Of a stretch of DNA of 64,000 nucleotides, positions 1-9,049 are shown piece by piece. This DNA is from an uncultured Bacteroidales bacterium (GTDB lineage Bacteria; Bacteroidota; Bacteroidia; Bacteroidales; WCHB1-69). The position numbers and the translations under genes were made by a program. The stretch is from NCBI GenBank assembly GCA_900316305.1, contig ONCM01000001.1:3380-67379 (forward strand). Reading direction: 5' to 3'. The notes beneath the pieces were generated by a model that ran no database searches, was not told the origin of the DNA, and saw only the letters and a list, made by a program, of their open reading frames with translations. How positions within the stretch are numbered: the first letter of the stretch is position 1; each line of letters begins with the position of its first letter.

Positions 1-131
1 ATGTCGCTGATGTTCACCAGACTGAACTTACAGTTCATCAGGTTGATCAGCTGGGCGATCCCGCAGCCCGCCATGAAGAGCGTGGTGGCGGAGATGAGGA
101 GGATGGTTGTTAGTTTCTTAAGGTGTTTCAT
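1..131 (-). CDS. lipoprotein, N-terminal fragment (gene runs off the left edge)
   Basis: The reverse complement starts with ATG at 131 and reads MKHLKKLTTILLISATTLFMAGCGIAQLINLMNCKF... This is a signal peptide with lipobox FMAGC. The frame is open to position 1. Confidence 0.5.
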   Translation of the reverse strand, partial: MKHLKKLTTILLISATTLFMAGCGIAQLINLMNCKFSLVNISD

Positions 132-137
132 ATTACT

Positions 138-183
138 TAGGGTTATTATCCTAGGGCTCATAGGGTTATTATCCTAGGGCTCA
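138..183. repeat. 2 x 23-bp direct repeat TAGGGTTATTATCCTAGGGCTCA
   Basis: Two identical adjacent units read directly in the sequence. Confidence 0.9.
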
Positions 184-235
184 GCTTCGCTTCACCCTAG
201 GTTAACATAGGTCGGGCTTTCAGCCCTTTTTGGAA

Positions 236-256
236 TAACTACTAACTGCTAATTAC
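236..256. repeat. heptamer array TAACTRC x3
   Basis: taactac taactgc taattac. It contains the stop codon of 242..898. Confidence 0.85.
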
Positions 257-898
257 TCTTCCGTCTTGCAGCACGATCTTCCGATCCGACAGCTGGGCCA
301 GTTCCTCGTTGTGCGTGACGATGAGGAAGGTCTGCTTGAAGGTGTCGCGGAGGACGAAGAAGAGGTCGTGGAGTTTGCGGGCGTTCTCGGTGTCGAGGTT
401 GCCGGAGGGCTCGTCGGCAAGGATGAGCTCGGGGTTGTTCATCAACGCCCGCGCCACGGAAACGCGCTGCTGCTCGCCACCCGACAATTGGGCGGGCTTG
501 TGCCCTACCCTATCACCAAGCTTCAGAAAATCAAGAAGTTCTTGCGCTCTGCAAAAGGACTCCTTCCGACTCTTCCCGGCAATCAGAGCGGGCATCGCCA
601 CGTTCTCCAAGGCCGTGAATTCGGGCAAAAGATGGTGGAACTGATAGACGAAGCCGATGTGACGGTTGCGGAATTCCGCCAGTTTGTCGTCACTCAGCTG
701 GTTCAGATTCACCCCGTCAATGACCACCTCTCCACTGTCCGGTTTGTCCAACGTGCCGATGATGTGCAGCAACGTCGATTTGCCGGCCCCGGAAGGACCG
801 ACAATCGTCACCACTTTGCTGTTCTCAATCGACAGAGAGACCTTCTTCAGGACCTGCAGACTGCCGTAGGATTTCTCGATTTCTTTGACCTCGATCAT
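242..898 (-). CDS. ABC transporter ATP-binding protein, LolD/MacB-like
   Basis: Motifs present: Walker [10 protein letters not shown], signature LSGGEQQRV, Walker B LILADEP, H-loop VTHN. I moved the start to MIEVKEIEK (ATG 898) within track ORF 242..934. Confidence 0.85.
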   Translation of the reverse strand: MIEVKEIEKSYGSLQVLKKVSLSIENSKVVTIVGPSGAGKSTLLHIIGTLDKPDSGEVVIDGVNLNQLSDDKLAEFRNRHIGFVYQFHHLLPEFTALENVAMPALIAGKSRKESFCRAQELLDFLKLGDRVGHKPAQLSGGEQQRVSVARALMNNPELILADEPSGNLDTENARKLHDLFFVLRDTFKQTFLIVTHNEELAQLSDRKIVLQDGRVISS

Positions 899-920
899 CA
901 ATCTAATCGTATATACACAA

Positions 921-952
921 TTGTAGAGACGCAAAATTTTGCGTCTCTACAA
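921..952. terminator. GTAGAGACG-family perfect palindrome (hairpin), copy 1
   Basis: ttGTAGAGACGCAAAATTTTGCGTCTCTACaa, lying just after the etfA stop (969) on the minus strand. Confidence 0.6.
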
Positions 953-968
953 CGTAGGTTTGTCGTAA

Positions 969-1979
969 TTATTTCTTCTCAATCTCGGAGGCCAATCGTG
1001 CGGTCAACAACGGCACCACCTTGTTCAGGTCGCAAACGATACCAAGGTCGGCGACGGAGAAGATGGGTGCGAACTTGTCCTTGTTAACAGCGATGATGAA
1101 GTCGGACTCCTCCATGCCGGCCAAGTGCTGGATGGCACCGGAGATACCGAGAGCGAAATAGAGGTCGGGACGAACGGTCTTACCGGTCTGACCCACCTGA
1201 CGGTCGTGGTCGATGATGCCGGCATCCACCATAGCACGGGAAGAGGAAACCTCTGCGTTCGGGAACACGTTGGCGAGCGCTTGCAGCTTCTCGAAACCTT
1301 CCTTGCAGCCAACACCGCGGCCACCAGAGACAAGCACCTTCGCGTCGGTGATATCAACTTTGCCCTTGTCAACCTTCACGTTCTCGACCATGCGGACGAG
1401 GAACTTGCTCTTGTCGAAAGTGGGCTTGAAAGCGATGACGTTACCTTGACGGTTGGGGTCGCGAGGCATCTTCTGCATCACGCCCGGACGCACGGTGGAC
1501 ATCTGCGGACGGTGTTCCGTACACATGATGGTAGCCATCAGGTTGCCGCCGAATGCCGGACGGGTCATCATCAACTCACCCTCTTCGGAAATCTCCAAGC
1601 GGGTGCAGTCGGCGGTGAGGCCGGTGGTAAGACGGGCAGCCAAACGCGGACCCAGGTCACGACCGATGGTCGTAGCACCAATCATCAGGATGCTGGGTTT
1701 GAATTTCTCCACCACCTGACAGATGGTCTGCGCGTATTGTTCTGTGAGATAGTCTTTTAATTCGGGCTCGTCGATGCAGATGACATCGTCGGCACCGTGC
1801 TCGATCAGCATTTGGGCGTGTTTGGTGATGTTGTGTCCAGGCAGGACGGCCACCACCTTCTCGTTCAGCACGCCGGCCAGCTCATGGGCCTTGCCGAGCA
1901 GCTCCAACGCAACAGATTGGATGACACCGTCACGTTGTTCAGCGAATACAAATACGTTTTTATAATCGGTTTTTTCCAT
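969..1979 (-). CDS. etfA: electron transfer flavoprotein alpha subunit
   Basis: 336 aa with an ETF-alpha C-terminal FAD region (VSGGRGVG, PDLYFALGISGAIQHLAGM). It lies 18 nt downstream of etfB. Confidence 0.9.
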   Translation of the reverse strand: MEKTDYKNVFVFAEQRDGVIQSVALELLGKAHELAGVLNEKVVAVLPGHNITKHAQMLIEHGADDVICIDEPELKDYLTEQYAQTICQVVEKFKPSILMIGATTIGRDLGPRLAARLTTGLTADCTRLEISEEGELMMTRPAFGGNLMATIMCTEHRPQMSTVRPGVMQKMPRDPNRQGNVIAFKPTFDKSKFLVRMVENVKVDKGKVDITDAKVLVSGGRGVGCKEGFEKLQALANVFPNAEVSSSRAMVDAGIIDHDRQVGQTGKTVRPDLYFALGISGAIQHLAGMEESDFIIAVNKDKFAPIFSVADLGIVCDLNKVVPLLTARLASEIEKK

Positions 1980-1997
1980 TTTTCTGTTGTTTTGGGA

Positions 1998-2777
1998 TTA
2001 GATGATGAATTTTTCTTTCAATTTGCTGATGATGATACCCACAGCTTCCTCGGCATCGACCTCATAGACCTGGCCAGGAGATTTCTGCGGTTTGGTGAAG
2101 GATTTCTTCACACGCGTCGGGGAACCCTTGAGACCGAGACGGGCGGGATCCACATCGATTTGGTCGGCGGTGAGGATTTCCACCTCCTTGTCGAAGGCTT
2201 CCATTATGCCCTTCACGCTCATGTAACGCGGCTTGTTGGCGGTAGCCAGCACGGTGAGCACACACGGCGTGGGAACTTCGAGGATTTGGTAACCCTCTTC
2301 GGTCTCCTTCTTCACGGTGCAGAGGCCGTTGTTGTATTTGAGGTCCACAGTGTAGGAAACCTGCGGAAGTCCCAGATGCTCAGCCATTTCGGGAGCCACT
2401 TGAGCGGTATCGCCGTCGATAGCTTGACGACCGGCAATGATCAGGTCGTAGTCGAGGGTCTTGAGCGCACCGGCCAGTGCGTAAGAGGTAGCCAACGTGT
2501 CGGCACCGGCGAACTTGCGGTCGGTGAGCAGGATGGCACGGTCAGCACCCATGGCGAGAGCCTCGCGGAGCATGATGTCGGCTTGCGGAGGTCCCATGGT
2601 GATGACGGTGACGTGGGCGCCGTACTGGTCTTTCAGGCGCAGGGCCATTTCGAGGCCGCCCTTGTCATCGGGGTTCATGATGCTGGGCACGCCGTCGCGG
2701 ATCAATGTCCCTGTTTCGGGGTTGATCTTGATTTCGTTCGTGTTCGGAACTTGTTTGATACAAACTACTATATTCAT
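1998..2777 (-). CDS. etfB: electron transfer flavoprotein beta subunit
   Basis: 259 aa with the ETF-beta N-terminus MNIVVCIKQVPNT. It lies 18 nt downstream of the acyl-CoA dehydrogenase gene. Confidence 0.9.
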   Translation of the reverse strand: MNIVVCIKQVPNTNEIKINPETGTLIRDGVPSIMNPDDKGGLEMALRLKDQYGAHVTVITMGPPQADIMLREALAMGADRAILLTDRKFAGADTLATSYALAGALKTLDYDLIIAGRQAIDGDTAQVAPEMAEHLGLPQVSYTVDLKYNNGLCTVKKETEEGYQILEVPTPCVLTVLATANKPRYMSVKGIMEAFDKEVEILTADQIDVDPARLGLKGSPTRVKKSFTKPQKSPGQVYEVDAEEAVGIIISKLKEKFII

Positions 2778-2795
2778 AATGTTCTATATTCTTGA

Positions 2796-3935
2796 TTATT
2801 TGAATAAATTACCGGCGATGACCATTCTCTGGACCTCTGAGGTGCCTTCGTAGATCTCGGTGATCTTGGCGTCGCGCATCATGCGCTCCACGGGATATTC
2901 GCGGGTGTAACCGTAACCGCCGTGGAACTGCACAGCCTTGGTGGTCACCTCCATCGCGGTCTCCGCGGCGAACAGCTTGCAGCGGGCAGCCTCGACGGCG
3001 TAAGGTTTGTGCATATCTTTATTATAAGAAGCCTCGCGCACCAGCAGACGAGCGGCCTGAATCTTGGCGTCCAAGTTGGCCAACTGGAACTGCGTGTTCT
3101 GGAAAGCGCCGATGGGCTTGCCGAACTGTTTACGTTCCTTGACGTATTTAACCGTCTCATCCAAAGCACCTTGTGCGATACCGAGCGCTTGAGCGGCGAT
3201 ACCGATACGACCACCGTTCAGGGTGTTCATAGCGATTTTGAAGCCCTTGCCCTGTTCGCCGAGGAGGTTCTCCTTCGGGATGCGGCAGTTTTCGAAAATC
3301 AGCTCGCAAGTTGCGGAACCACGGATACCCATCTTCTTCTCCTTCTTGCCGATGGAGAAACCGGGAGTACCTTTTTCAACGATGAAAGCGGAGATGCCCT
3401 TCGTGCCCAACTCCTTGTTGGTCATGGCCATCACCACATACACATGCGCGTAACCGGCGTTGGTGATGAAAATCTTCGTGCCGTTGAGCACCCATTCGTC
3501 ACCGTCCAACACGGCGGTCGTCTGCTGCATGGCAGCGTCCGTACCGGCGTTGGGTTCCGTAAGACCGAAAGCGCCGATCCATTCGCCGGCAGCCAATTTC
3601 GGTACATATTTCATCTTTTGTTCTTCCGTTCCATATTCGAGTATCGGGTTGATACACAGCGAGGTGTGAGCCGACACGATGACGCCAGTGGTGGCGCACA
3701 CGCGGGAGAGTTCCTCCACGGCCATCGAATACATCTGGTTGGTGCCGCCCTGTCCACCGTATTCCACCGGCACAGGGATGCCCATAATACCTATCTTGGC
3801 CATTTTCTCGACCGTCTCCATCGGGAAACGCTCCTGCTCATCCACTTCTGCGGCGAGCGGCTTGACCTCGTTCTCCGCAAATTCGCGGATCATCTGTAAG
3901 AAGAGTTCTTCTCTCTTTGATATTCCAAAATCCAT
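2796..3935 (-). CDS. bcd: short-chain (butyryl-type) acyl-CoA dehydrogenase
   Basis: 379 aa and alignable by eye along its full length to clostridial Bcd (MDF..REFAENEVKP, GLTEPNAGTDA, YEGTSEVQ). The gene order is bcd-etfB-etfA. Confidence 0.88.
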   Translation of the reverse strand: MDFGISKREELFLQMIREFAENEVKPLAAEVDEQERFPMETVEKMAKIGIMGIPVPVEYGGQGGTNQMYSMAVEELSRVCATTGVIVSAHTSLCINPILEYGTEEQKMKYVPKLAAGEWIGAFGLTEPNAGTDAAMQQTTAVLDGDEWVLNGTKIFITNAGYAHVYVVMAMTNKELGTKGISAFIVEKGTPGFSIGKKEKKMGIRGSATCELIFENCRIPKENLLGEQGKGFKIAMNTLNGGRIGIAAQALGIAQGALDETVKYVKERKQFGKPIGAFQNTQFQLANLDAKIQAARLLVREASYNKDMHKPYAVEAARCKLFAAETAMEVTTKAVQFHGGYGYTREYPVERMMRDAKITEIYEGTSEVQRMVIAGNLFK

Positions 3936-3971
3936 TGTTTATTTGTTTAATTGTTTATTCGTTCTGTACTA

Positions 3972-4043
3972 CCCCACACTGCGCTTCGCTTGTGTGGGGT
4001 TAATTGCACTTCGTGCGTTTTGTCCCTCCGGGACTGCTCAAGG
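3972..4043. repeat. CCCCACAC REP-like three-hairpin element, copy 1
   Basis: CCCCACACtgcgcttcgcttGTGTGGGGTTAATTGCACttcGTGCGTTTTGTCCCtccGGGACTGCTCAAGG, lying between the CoA-transferase gene and bcd. Confidence 0.85.
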
Positions 4044-4051
4044 AATAACGG

Positions 4052-4072
4052 CTAACTACTAACTGCTAACTA
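4052..4072. repeat. heptamer array CTAACTR x3
   Basis: ctaacta ctaactg ctaacta. It contains the stop codon of 4070..4732. Confidence 0.85.
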
Positions 4073-4732
4073 GTCAATTTCCATCTTTTTGAGATTCGGG
4101 GAGATGATCAGCGTGGCTTCGGTGGCAGCTTGAACATCTTCGACCGTGAACTCAGGATAGATTTCCGTTAAGACGATGCCTTTGTCGGTGACTTCCATCA
4201 CGCCCATTTCGGTGACGATGAGGTTCACCTGACCTTTGGCGGTGAGGGGCAGATTGCATTTGTGGAGAATCTTCGGGTTACCCTTCTGGGTGTGTTCCAT
4301 AGCGAGGATCACCTTGCGGGCGCCCACGAGAAGGTCCATAGCGCCGCCCATACCGGGGGTCAGCTTGCCGGGGATCATCCAGTTGGCGAGGTCACCCTGC
4401 TCATCCACCTGCATAGCACCGAGGACTGTCACATCGACGTGACCGCCGCGGATGATGCTGAAAGAATCGGCGGAGCTGAAAGAGACAGCGCCGGGCTGTG
4501 CGGTGATGTAACCGCCGCCTGAATTCACGAGGTTGTCGTCTTCCTGACCTTCGGCGGGTGTGGGGCCCATGCCGAGCAGACCGTTCTCCGATTGCAGGAT
4601 AACGTTCACGTTCTTGGGAAGATAGTTCGGAACCATGGTCGGCAGACCGATTCCCAAATTCACCACATCGCCGTCATGGAGTTCCTTTGCGACTCTCTTG
4701 GCGATAATTTCACGCATTTGATTTTTGTCCAT
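4070..4732 (-). CDS. 3-oxoacid/acetate CoA-transferase subunit B
   Basis: 220 aa with NLGIGLPT, the catalytic-Glu motif LQSENGLLG and GGAMDL. No subunit A gene is adjacent. Confidence 0.85.
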   Translation of the reverse strand: MDKNQMREIIAKRVAKELHDGDVVNLGIGLPTMVPNYLPKNVNVILQSENGLLGMGPTPAEGQEDDNLVNSGGGYITAQPGAVSFSSADSFSIIRGGHVDVTVLGAMQVDEQGDLANWMIPGKLTPGMGGAMDLLVGARKVILAMEHTQKGNPKILHKCNLPLTAKGQVNLIVTEMGVMEVTDKGIVLTEIYPEFTVEDVQAATEATLIISPNLKKMEID

Positions 4733-4805
4733 ATTACTGATATTAATAATTGTTTCGTATTCTTGTTTGACTTGCTTTTAGCCATTTGCCATTGGATAGG
4801 CTTCG

Positions 4806-4833
4806 ATAACCTATAACCAATAACCCATAACCA
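4806..4833. repeat. heptamer array ATAACCN x4
   Basis: ataacct ataacca ataaccc ataacca, in the 5' region of the CoA-transferase gene. Confidence 0.85.
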
Positions 4834-4850
4834 TTCATTAAATCAACCCG

Positions 4851-4866
4851 CAAAAATACAAAAATA
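4851..4866 (-). promoter_or_regulatory. two tandem -7 boxes (TATTTTTG x2) upstream of the CoA-transferase gene
   Basis: The plus strand reads caaaaata caaaaata, about 120 nt upstream of ATG 4732. Confidence 0.35.
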
Positions 4867-5027
4867 ATGTTCTCGCTGTATCATTTATTCATTTTCTTGT
4901 CTTATTAATTCTTTTTTCTGTACTTTCTAGATTCATAATTTCTTGAAACAAAATGAGATATCAGTTCCATGATGATTCTCCTTTTCAAAACATGCATCCC
5001 GTCCTTGCATTATATACAGAAATTGTA

Positions 5028-5035
5028 TATTTTTG
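5028..5035 (+). promoter_or_regulatory. -7 box TATTTTTG upstream of lipoprotein gene 5137
   Basis: Exact TAnnTTTG match about 100 nt upstream of the ATG. Confidence 0.35.
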
Positions 5036-5136
5036 CTGCGGAATATGTCGCCTGATAAATATTTGGCAATGGTAAAAAATATCATTCAAGAATCAAGGAT
5101 AAAATCATAGACAATAAACCAATCAAAATTAAAAAA

Positions 5137-5928
5137 ATGAAAAAAATATTTTTAGCAATGGCCGTTCTAGCGATGCTTTTTTCTGGCTGTAAAAAAGAGA
5201 ACAACACTGTCGAGAATCTATCCGAAAAGATTATGGGGATGTGGATAATGACCGACAAAAACGGGCATCCTCTGCCAACCAACGAGAAGTTTGTTTACAC
5301 CTTCGTGTCTGACACCAAAGCCTATGTCAGCGCTTCGATTACCACACATCCGGAAACGGGGACGTTTTGGAATGACCAATTAGAAACCGACGTCACCATC
5401 AGCGACAACAAGATGATGCTCACCGGTCACCCCAACGAACACACGACGGTGATGGAGTATTACACCGTTACCGCCATCAACGACAGCGAGTTTACTGCGA
5501 ACTACGAGGTGACCGTGACGATTGACGGCAACGTGGCGGGCAACGAAACGATGGTTCTTCGTTTCGTCAAGGTCAAAGTCAACTACAAGCCGGAAGTCAT
5601 CGGCTTTTGGGAATGCACGGAGCTGACGGGCATTGAGACCTTTAACGATGTTAATGCACGGCTAATGTTCTACTACGACGGAACATACAAGTACTGGACC
5701 AAGAACGCCGATGGAGAGTGGCAGCCCGTAACCACGCGCGAGTTCCAAGACTACTTTGTCGACGGCACGTTGCTTGCTACTCGCTGGAAAAACGTTGGTG
5801 AGGATGAATTACGCGAATGGTGGGAAATCACCAGCATCGCCGATTATCAGATGGAATGGACCGCTCTGCGCCAGAACCCTGACGGATCCATCGTACGGCA
5901 GGGAGCGAAATGGAAAAAAATAAAATAA
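5137..5928 (+). CDS. hypothetical lipoprotein
   Basis: Signal peptide plus lipobox MKKIFLAMAVLAMLFSGC. I recognised no catalytic motif. Confidence 0.6.
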   Translation: MKKIFLAMAVLAMLFSGCKKENNTVENLSEKIMGMWIMTDKNGHPLPTNEKFVYTFVSDTKAYVSASITTHPETGTFWNDQLETDVTISDNKMMLTGHPNEHTTVMEYYTVTAINDSEFTANYEVTVTIDGNVAGNETMVLRFVKVKVNYKPEVIGFWECTELTGIETFNDVNARLMFYYDGTYKYWTKNADGEWQPVTTREFQDYFVDGTLLATRWKNVGEDELREWWEITSIADYQMEWTALRQNPDGSIVRQGAKWKKIK

Positions 5929-6154
5929 CCATGTAAAACAAACACAAATCAACGTATTAATCTACTTGCAAAAGCGGCGTCAAAAAATCAATGAACAATA
6001 GATCCTTGCTCCTTTTAATCTTTGTCAGGTTGGTCGTTATATTCTTCCTCTGTCGTCGGGAGATAGGTGATGCCGCATGGGCCGCCACCATGCTGGAACG
6101 TATCAGGAATTGTAATAAAATGAGAACAAGATTGGAAAATAAATAATCGTAATA

Positions 6155-8938
6155 ATGAAGAAGCTGTTTCGGGTGTTTGCTGCCATCCTCACCATTTGCG
6201 GCTGTTTTTTGCTTACCGGCTGCTCCGGAATGAAGTGGAGCGTGTCTGACAGTTTTTACAACAACTTGATAGCGGAGGACCGCTACAGGATGATTCTCGA
6301 CGGCTTGCAGGTGACACTCATCATCACGTTCTGCGCCGCCATATTAGGCACCTTGCTGGGTGGCTTAGTGTGCTGGATGCGTATGAGCCGTCGGTCCTGG
6401 TTACAGAAGGTGGCCAAGGTGTATGTTGACATCATGCGCGGCACGCCCGTACTGGTGTTGCTCATGCTGATGTACTATGTGGTGATGGCACCACTGGAAG
6501 CTACAGGCATAGTGGTGGCAATAGTCACCTTTTCCATGAATATGGCGGCCTACGTCAGCGAAATGCTGCGCACCTCCATACAGGGCATTGACCGCGGTCA
6601 GACAGAGGCTGGCCTTGCTTTGGGTTACACGCGTAGGCAGACATTCATCAGGATTGTACTTCCACAGGTGGTCAAATCCGTGATGCCCGTCTATCAGGGC
6701 GAGGTGGTGAGCCTGCTGAAGGGCACCAGCATCGTGGGCTACATCGCCGTGGCCGACATGACCAGAGCCTCAGACCTTATCCGCTCGCGCACATTCGATG
6801 CCTTTTTCCCCATTATCGTGACGGCCATCATCTATTTCCTTATGGCATGGCTCATTGGGCTGCTGCTAACCTCGTTGGTGCAACGTAAGGGCATGAAAGC
6901 CATCATAGCGGCGGTGGCACTGGCCATTGGCGGAACCGTATGCTACGTGCCATCGATGCTGGCTCCAAACAAGACCGACACAACGGTGACGGAGGTCCCG
7001 GAAGTATTCAAGGCTCTCTCTGGCAAGACTGTGGGGGTCATCATCGGCAGCATACAAGACATAGCCGTCACTGAAATGGCACCCGATGCCGACATAAAAC
7101 GCGTGGCCACCTATTCCGATGTGTTGGCTGCCTTAGAAAACGGCAAGGTGGATGTGTTTGGCACCGAAAGCTTGACGCTGACATTCAACAAAGAGGTAGC
7201 AGCCAAGGTGGATTCGGTGAACGCAGGTTTGGCACCTATTCCGATAGCTGCATGTTTTCGACTTGGCAATACCGAATTGCAGCAAGATTTCAACCAATTC
7301 CTGAAAGAAATTCGTGACGACGGCACCTATCAAGATATCTTCAACCGTTGGACCAATGCCGATGACCCATCGGCCATCGGCATACCGCAGCAACGCGGAA
7401 CCGGAAAGACCCTGTGTGTGGCCACTTTCCCGGCCATGCCTCCGTTCAATTTCATCTGTTCGGGAAAACCGTCGGGCCTTGAGATAGATATTCTGACGGA
7501 GTGGGCCAATAGGCGCAACTGGAAATTGGAATTCCTCGTAATGGACTTTGCCTCGCAGATTCCTGCTGTGCAGACAGGCAAAGCCGACATGGCCATGGGT
7601 GGCATCAGCATCACCGAGGAGCGGCAGAAACAGGTACTCTTCTCCGACGGCTACTACGAGTCGCATATCATGCTTGCCACACGTAAAGGGGAAATCGGCT
7701 TGCTCTCTGGCCCCTCAAAACCGTCTGGCACAGAAAAAGACACGAAAAAATGGCCGTGGATCGTGGTCATCCTCGTTGTCGTCATCGGTAGCGGCACATG
7801 GCTCCTTATCCGCCGTAAACGCATCCTGCAAAAACGTTCCTCTCTTAACTCCCAACTTTCAACTCAACCCTCGGATAGTCCCATTATCCGCATCACTCAT
7901 CTGAAGAAAAAATATGAGAATCTTGATGTCCTGCGCGACATCAATGCCGACATACACCGCGGCGAGGTCATATCCATCATCGGTCCCTCAGGCACGGGCA
8001 AGAGCACGTTATTGCGGTGCCTGAACCTGCTGGAGCAACCCACCAGCGGCAGCATTGTCATCAATGGGGAGAAAATCCTCACCAAAGGTTATCCTGTCAA
8101 CATGATGCGCCAAAAGATGGGCATGGTGTTTCAGAATTTCAATCTTTTCGGACATAAGACCGTGCTGGAGAATGTCATGCTTGCCCCCTGCCAGTTGCGC
8201 CATGAAGATCCGGAAAAGGCACGCGAGGAAGGACTCGCGCTGCTTCGTAAAGTGGGACTGGTGGAAAAAGCCGACGTCTATCCTGGAAGCCTCTCAGGCG
8301 GTCAAAAACAACGTGTGGCCATTGCCCGGTGCCTGGCCATGAAGCCCGACATCATCCTTTTCGACGAGCCCACGTCGGCTCTCGACCCCACAATGGTCGG
8401 CGAGGTGCTCAGCGTCATCCGCCAACTGGCCGACGAAGGCATGACCATGCTTATCGTCACCCACGAGATGAAGTTCGCTCACGACGTGAGTTCTCGCATC
8501 TTTTTCATGTACGACGGGTATATCCACGAGGACGGCACCCCGGAACAGATTTTCGAAAACCCTATCCACAGTGCCACAAAAGCTTTCATCCAACGCATCC
8601 GCAAGGAGGTGTTTGAGATCGGAGGTCCAGACTTCGACTTCCGGGGCATGCATTCTGACATCGGTGCCTTCTGCTATAAATACGGCATTCCCAAAAAGCA
8701 GGAAGCCGCGGAACAGCTGTGCGACAAGATGCTCGACGAAGTGATGGCGGCCTACCGTCCCATCACCGTCCGTTTAACCCACAGCGAACTGTCAGGTGTC
8801 ACGGCCTTGGACTTCATGGTGGAGAAGATGGAATCCACGCCTCTGAATGACGCGCAGCGCAACGAACTGAACGGGCTGTGCCAACAGGTAGTGGAAGAAT
8901 CCACCAAGTTAGGCTTCCGTGTGAAATTGATATTGTGA
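6155..8938 (+). CDS. fused polar-amino-acid ABC importer: permease + substrate-binding domain + TM + ATPase + C-terminal domain (927 aa)
   Basis: Features along the chain: lipobox LTGC; permease EAA loop [21 protein letters not shown]; SBP motifs ([20 protein letters not shown]); [22 protein letters not shown]; NBD with [29 protein letters not shown]. Confidence 0.85.
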   Translation: MKKLFRVFAAILTICGCFLLTGCSGMKWSVSDSFYNNLIAEDRYRMILDGLQVTLIITFCAAILGTLLGGLVCWMRMSRRSWLQKVAKVYVDIMRGTPVLVLLMLMYYVVMAPLEATGIVVAIVTFSMNMAAYVSEMLRTSIQGIDRGQTEAGLALGYTRRQTFIRIVLPQVVKSVMPVYQGEVVSLLKGTSIVGYIAVADMTRASDLIRSRTFDAFFPIIVTAIIYFLMAWLIGLLLTSLVQRKGMKAIIAAVALAIGGTVCYVPSMLAPNKTDTTVTEVPEVFKALSGKTVGVIIGSIQDIAVTEMAPDADIKRVATYSDVLAALENGKVDVFGTESLTLTFNKEVAAKVDSVNAGLAPIPIAACFRLGNTELQQDFNQFLKEIRDDGTYQDIFNRWTNADDPSAIGIPQQRGTGKTLCVATFPAMPPFNFICSGKPSGLEIDILTEWANRRNWKLEFLVMDFASQIPAVQTGKADMAMGGISITEERQKQVLFSDGYYESHIMLATRKGEIGLLSGPSKPSGTEKDTKKWPWIVVILVVVIGSGTWLLIRRKRILQKRSSLNSQLSTQPSDSPIIRITHLKKKYENLDVLRDINADIHRGEVISIIGPSGTGKSTLLRCLNLLEQPTSGSIVINGEKILTKGYPVNMMRQKMGMVFQNFNLFGHKTVLENVMLAPCQLRHEDPEKAREEGLALLRKVGLVEKADVYPGSLSGGQKQRVAIARCLAMKPDIILFDEPTSALDPTMVGEVLSVIRQLADEGMTMLIVTHEMKFAHDVSSRIFFMYDGYIHEDGTPEQIFENPIHSATKAFIQRIRKEVFEIGGPDFDFRGMHSDIGAFCYKYGIPKKQEAAEQLCDKMLDEVMAAYRPITVRLTHSELSGVTALDFMVEKMESTPLNDAQRNELNGLCQQVVEESTKLGFRVKLIL

Positions 8939-8958
8939 CGGTAATCCTTGTGGCGATG

Positions 8959-8982
8959 AATCCGTGACGGGGATTTTTTTTT
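8959..8982 (+). terminator. intrinsic terminator after the fused ABC importer gene
   Basis: AATCC-gtgacgg-GGATT followed by T9, about 20 nt after the stop at 8938. Confidence 0.55.
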
Positions 8983-8993
8983 GTCGTGTTTTT

Positions 8994-9024
8994 TTTGTAC
9001 GATCAACTAATTTTATTATTTTTG
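8994..9024 (+). promoter_or_regulatory. promoter TTTG-N19-TATTTTTG for the SpoIIE-like phosphatase operon
   Basis: TTTG at 8994-97 and TATTTTTG at 9017-24. The ATG is at 9050. Confidence 0.5.
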
Positions 9025-9049
9025 CACTTTGAATAAGTTGTGAGCATAT

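Noticed and set aside
5991-6146. A 51-codon ORF (MNNRSLLLLIFVRLVVIFFLCRRE...) just upstream of the fused ABC importer.
   Set aside because: A small membrane or leader peptide is possible, but I saw no promoter, RBS-like context or repeat conservation to support it. I left it uncalled.
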